A stretch of 63,930 bases of DNA, filler included, from Fonticula-like sp. SCN 57-25 (lineage: Eukaryota): assembly GCA_001724245.1 (NCBI GenBank). It is 3 parts of 3 records of this genome, joined end to end, with 100 filler letters (N's around TTAATTAATTAA, not from the genome) between each part and the next. Parts side by side here need not be neighbours in the genome. Positions count along the whole stretch, not along the records: positions 46,488 to 63,930 come from MEDX01000114.1; 2 more parts are not named here. The stretch is one strand, 5' to 3'. Under the pieces are notes generated by a model. It was given only the letters and a program-made list of their open reading frames with translations. It was not told the origin of the DNA and did not search any database. Position 1 is the stretch's first letter. The number at the start of each line of letters is the position of its first letter. The position numbers and the translations under genes were made by a program. Positions 60,088 through 63,930 of the stretch are shown one piece after another.

Positions 60088-62170
60088 TTAGTTACGGATG
60101 CGCTTGTTGCTCGAGTCAAACTCGGGCGAGCACTCCTCGATCTTGGCGAGAAGGAGCTTGCGGATTGCCTCGAACGTATGGGGGACGGTCGCACCGATAG
60201 TGGCAAAGTAAGCCTCGATAGACTCGAGCTCGGCCTTCCACTCGACGAGGTCGACGTGGCCAGCAGCATCAACCTGGCCAGGCTGAATGGTGAGGCCCGA
60301 AAGGTCAAGGTCGCCCTCGCGGGGGACCCAGCCGATGAGGGTCTCCTGGCCACCGACGGTACCGCGAGCACGGCTCACGATCCACTGCAGCACGCGCATG
60401 TTCTCGCCGTAGCCGGGCCAGAGGAACTTGCCATCGGCGCCCTTGCGGAACCAGTTCACCATGAAGATCTTGGGCGGGTGGGGGATGAGCGAGCGCATGG
60501 CGAGCCAGTGAGCCCAGTAGCGGCCCATGTTGTAGCCGGCGAAGGGAAGCATAGCCATGGGGTCGCGACGGAGCACGCCGACCTGGCCGGTGGCGGCAGC
60601 GGTCGTCTCAGAGCCGAGCGTGGCACCGAGGAAGGCACCGTGCGTCCAGTCAAAGCTCTGGAGCACAAGCGGGATAGTATTGGCGCGGCGGCCACCGAAC
60701 ACGATGGCGCTGATCGGGACACCGTTCGGGTCCGACGCACGGTGCGAAAGGAAACGGTTGTTCGTCATGGGCGTAGTGAAACGGCTGTTGGGGTGAGCAG
60801 CCTTCTCAGTGCTGCCGCGCTTCCACGGGCGACCCTGCCAGTCGATGAGCTCCTCGGGCGCCTCGGGGGTACGGCCCTCCCACCACACATCACCATCGGG
60901 CGTGACGGCAACGTTGGTGAAAATGGTGTCGCGCTGGATCATGTCCATCGCGTGGGGGTTCGAGACCTCGCTGGTGCCGGGGGCAACGCCAAAGTAGCCG
61001 TTCTCGGGGTTCACGGCATTGAGGCGGCCGTCCTCGCCGGTGCGCATCCAGGCGATATCATCGCCGACGGTCCACACCTTCCACTGGTTGAAGCGCGCCG
61101 GGGGCTCAAGCATGGCAAAGTTGGTCTTGCCGCACTGGCTGGGGAAAGCGGCGGCGACGTACGTCAAGGTGCCCTCGGGGCTCTCAACGCCCATAATGAG
61201 CATGTGCTCGGCGAGCCAGCCCTCGTTGTAGCCGAGGTAGCTGCCAATACGAAGAGCAAGGCACTTCTTGCCCAAAAGAGCATTGCCACCATAGCCGGAA
61301 CCGACCGAGATAACAAGGTTGTCCTGAGGGAAGTGGCAGATGAGGCGACGCTCCGGGTCGCAGTCAGCGACGCAGTGCAGGCCACGGTTGAAATCATCAG
61401 AAGTCTCGCCGAGCATGTCGGTGGCAGCCTTGCCCATGCGCGTCATGATGCGCATGTTGAGCACAACGTAGATGCTGTCGGTGATCTGAACGCCGACCTT
61501 GCTGAACTTGGAGCGCAGGGGGCCCATCACGTAGGGGACAACGTACATGGTCTTGCCCTTCATGGAGCCGTTGAGGAGACCGTAGGTCTTGTCAAGGGCA
61601 GCCTGGGGCTCCATCCAGTTGTTGGTGGGGCCAGCCTCGTCCTTGGTGGGCGTGCAGATGAAGGTGAGCTGCTCGGTACGGGCAACATCGTTCGGGTTGC
61701 TGCGGTGGAGGTAGCAGCCGGGGAGCTTCTCCTGGTTGAGCGGGATCAGGACACCGGTCTCAACAGCCTCAGCCGTCAGGTTGCGCTTCTCCTCGATGGA
61801 GCCGTCGCACCAGTAGACCTTGTCGGCGCCGAGGCGAACGCGCGACTCCTCGACCCACGCAAGGAGGATCGGGTTCTGCGTGTGAGGCAGGCCAGAGGCG
61901 TGCACGAAGGTGTGCCTACAAAGAGGACGACGTCAGCACTCTACAAGCAACACCGCAAGCAGACATGACACGAATCCTCCCGCGATTCCACCGAAAGCGT
62001 CATGCCACACAAAAGACCCTCGGCACGACACCCAGAGATCCCACAGCCCCTTAAAGTGTGCCGCGTGGGCCAAACCCTCCCTCGCCGGCTACCCCCCACC
62101 TCACACCAGCCACCGCCTTCCCAACGTACTCGCTCTCGATGTGCTCGTCAGGAGTCGGGGTGGGCGTCAT
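60088..62170 (-). CDS. PCK: Phosphoenolpyruvate carboxykinase (GTP)
   Basis: GSGYGGNALLGKKC, WLAEHM, AFPSQCGKTN, VGDDIAW, NPENGYFGVAPGT, AHPNSRF; single 214-nt intron at 61916-62129. Confidence 0.95.
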
Positions 62171-63312
62171 GATTGCTAGGTATCAAGCCACGCGTCGATT
62201 CTGATCGCGAGGAAGAGGCCGCAAAGTGACACGCGGTTCAAGGGTGGGGTACCCTTTTGAACGCTCGAAAACGTTTCGGAGCCCAAAGTTGCGCCTGCCT
62301 TCTGTGCTCGTTCACCCAAATAAAGGAGCCGTTCAGCCAATCGATCGTCAGGGCCGCCCGCCAATGTGAAAACTTTTTCGGGACTTATCGGATTACGTCG
62401 GGTTCTCATCCCATTGGTTGAAAAACCTTCCCGCCGCAATTTCAAACCTGCTGTGACAAAGCTGAAACGTGGAGGAGCACGTGGAAGGAGTCAGCATTGT
62501 TGGTCACGTGAATTCTGGACCACCCAACGATGCACGGCAGGGGACGCCGTCGCTCAATGTCGGCCCAGATGATCCTAAATAGCGACGAGGCTACCTACAT
62601 TCGCGCTCGATCTCGCATCACTTTGCATTTACGATCTCGTCCAGTGGGATGCTTGGGCCAGGAAAGGCAATGGGGAAGGGGACGACGCGTCTGCGGCGGC
62701 GGACGGAACACGATGACTGGCTGGGACTCGCCGGACTTTTTATTAAACGACACCCACAACACTCTGTGTCAAATTTTTGACTCTTTTTAATTGGTTGTTG
62801 TCCGCTCTTTGGCCCGGCTGCTTTGACATTTCGCTGTGCCACCGGTTCTCCCCGACTCGAGCCATCAAGGATCACCTCCCCCACGTAAGCTAACGAAGAC
62901 AACACGCACCCGAGAAGCATTGCGAGGCTACGCCATCAGAAAATATGCTGGGCTCTCTTTGTTCGTAAAAAAACCGCTTTGTGACCGTGCTGATAACCGT
63001 TCTGGTCAGACCACACAACCTCGGCCGCTCGAACAACGGATGCAAAACACAGCTGTCCGCAAACAAACATTGGCAACTTGCCAAGCAGGATAATAATAGC
63101 GTTCGTTTTGCGTTTTGTTGAATTCCAGTGCATGCGCCAATGTGCGTAATTATAGCTTCCTGCCTGCTGGCAGAGTCGCCTGTCCAGCACCAAGACATGA
63201 CATTCCCTTTTACGGACGTCACGTGATCTGTCCTAAATAGGCAATTCAGTGTGCTTGCAAGGGACTGGCATTTGTTGATCGCGGACGAAGTGAAGGATCT
63301 GGCGGATCCGCC

Positions 63313-63930
63313 ATGTACGAAACGCTATCGGACAGTAGCTGTTCCTCAGCCAGCTCTCGGACTAGTCTGTTGGGCGAAAAGGGGACAAGCGGCGCCGCAC
63401 TGCTTTTCCAGGATGTAACGTATAGAGTGGTAACACCCGTGGGCGAACGAGTGATCTTGAACGCCGTGTCTGGGTTGGTGCAGCCCGGCCAATGCTGTGC
63501 CATTCTTGGTGGCTCAGGGTCGGGCAAGACGTCTTTGCTTGATATCCTTTCAGGTCAGAACCGCGACACCGCTGCTATTAGTGGGACAGTCATGCTCGAC
63601 AGCGAGGTGATGGCACCCAAGCAGCTGCAGGAGCGGGTGGGCTACGTGATGCAGGACGACCGTCTGCTGCCCAACCTGACGGTGCGCGAGACGCTGCTGT
63701 TTTCCGCGCACCTCCGCCTGGGCGGGTGCATGTCGTGGTCGGAGCGGGAGGAGCGCGTGGACCAGATCATCGGGACCCTCGGCCTGCGCAACGTAGCGCG
63801 CAGCAAGGTTGGTGGCACATTCCGCCGTGGACTGAGCGGCGGCGAGAAGCGCCGCGTGACGATCGGCCTGCAGCTGCTAGGTGACCCGAGCGTGCTGTTT
63901 CTGGACGAGCCGACGACCGGGCTTGACAGC
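63313..63930 (+). CDS. ABCG-family transporter, N-terminal NBD; runs off the right edge; start uncertain
   Basis: GGSGSGKT, GYVMQDD, LTVRETL, LSGGEKRRV, FLDEPTTGLDS; the frame is also open upstream to a possible acceptor at 63240. Confidence 0.9.
   Translation, partial: MYETLSDSSCSSASSRTSLLGEKGTSGAALLFQDVTYRVVTPVGERVILNAVSGLVQPGQCCAILGGSGSGKTSLLDILSGQNRDTAAISGTVMLDSEVMAPKQLQERVGYVMQDDRLLPNLTVRETLLFSAHLRLGGCMSWSEREERVDQIIGTLGLRNVARSKVGGTFRRGLSGGEKRRVTIGLQLLGDPSVLFLDEPTTGLDS

Noticed and set aside
60178..61968. 596-aa plus-strand ORF
   Set aside because: Antisense shadow of codon-biased PEPCK with no recognisable motifs
63542..63550. ATATCCTTT resembling a U12 (AT-AC) donor
   Set aside because: It is the coding LDILSG immediately after the ABCG Walker A motif, and the frame is uninterrupted

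Overview
Compact, GC-rich genome of a unicellular eukaryote. About 33 protein-coding genes or gene fragments lie in 64 kb, with many short spliceosomal introns (mostly 40-70 nt, GTRCG donors, CTRAC-like branch sites). A T/C/V-type lanosterol synthase hints at opisthokont affinity, but the species cannot be determined from this window. The window is three contigs joined by two artificial 100-bp spacers (N44-TTAATTAATTAA-N44). Most genes are housekeeping: WDR7-like, Ras, LSM3, AP-3 beta, PUS10, MTG1, TRAP-beta, ZZZ3, ORC2, RecQ, SAPS, OST5, XRCC1, M28 peptidase, NDC80, IDI1, LSS, LPA1-like, V-ATPase G, Mlx-like bHLH, GTP-PEPCK and ABCG. Main observations: (1) an accessory block with an intact, intronless Sola1-like DDD transposase between a stand-alone HIRAN gene and a frameshifted trypsin; (2) unusual domain fusions (zf-PARP+ankyrin+SAM+bacterial Ig-like; Cro/CI-like HTH+WDR7; SAM+ADF-H; PH+CLU+TPR); (3) a divergent IDI1-lanosterol synthase pair; (4) recurrent promoter motifs in very short intergenic spaces (AGTTTGCAGTTTGC, ~10-bp-phased AATCAG arrays, TCACGTGA). 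All gene models were spliced by eye and all family calls rest on motif recognition; no searches were run.
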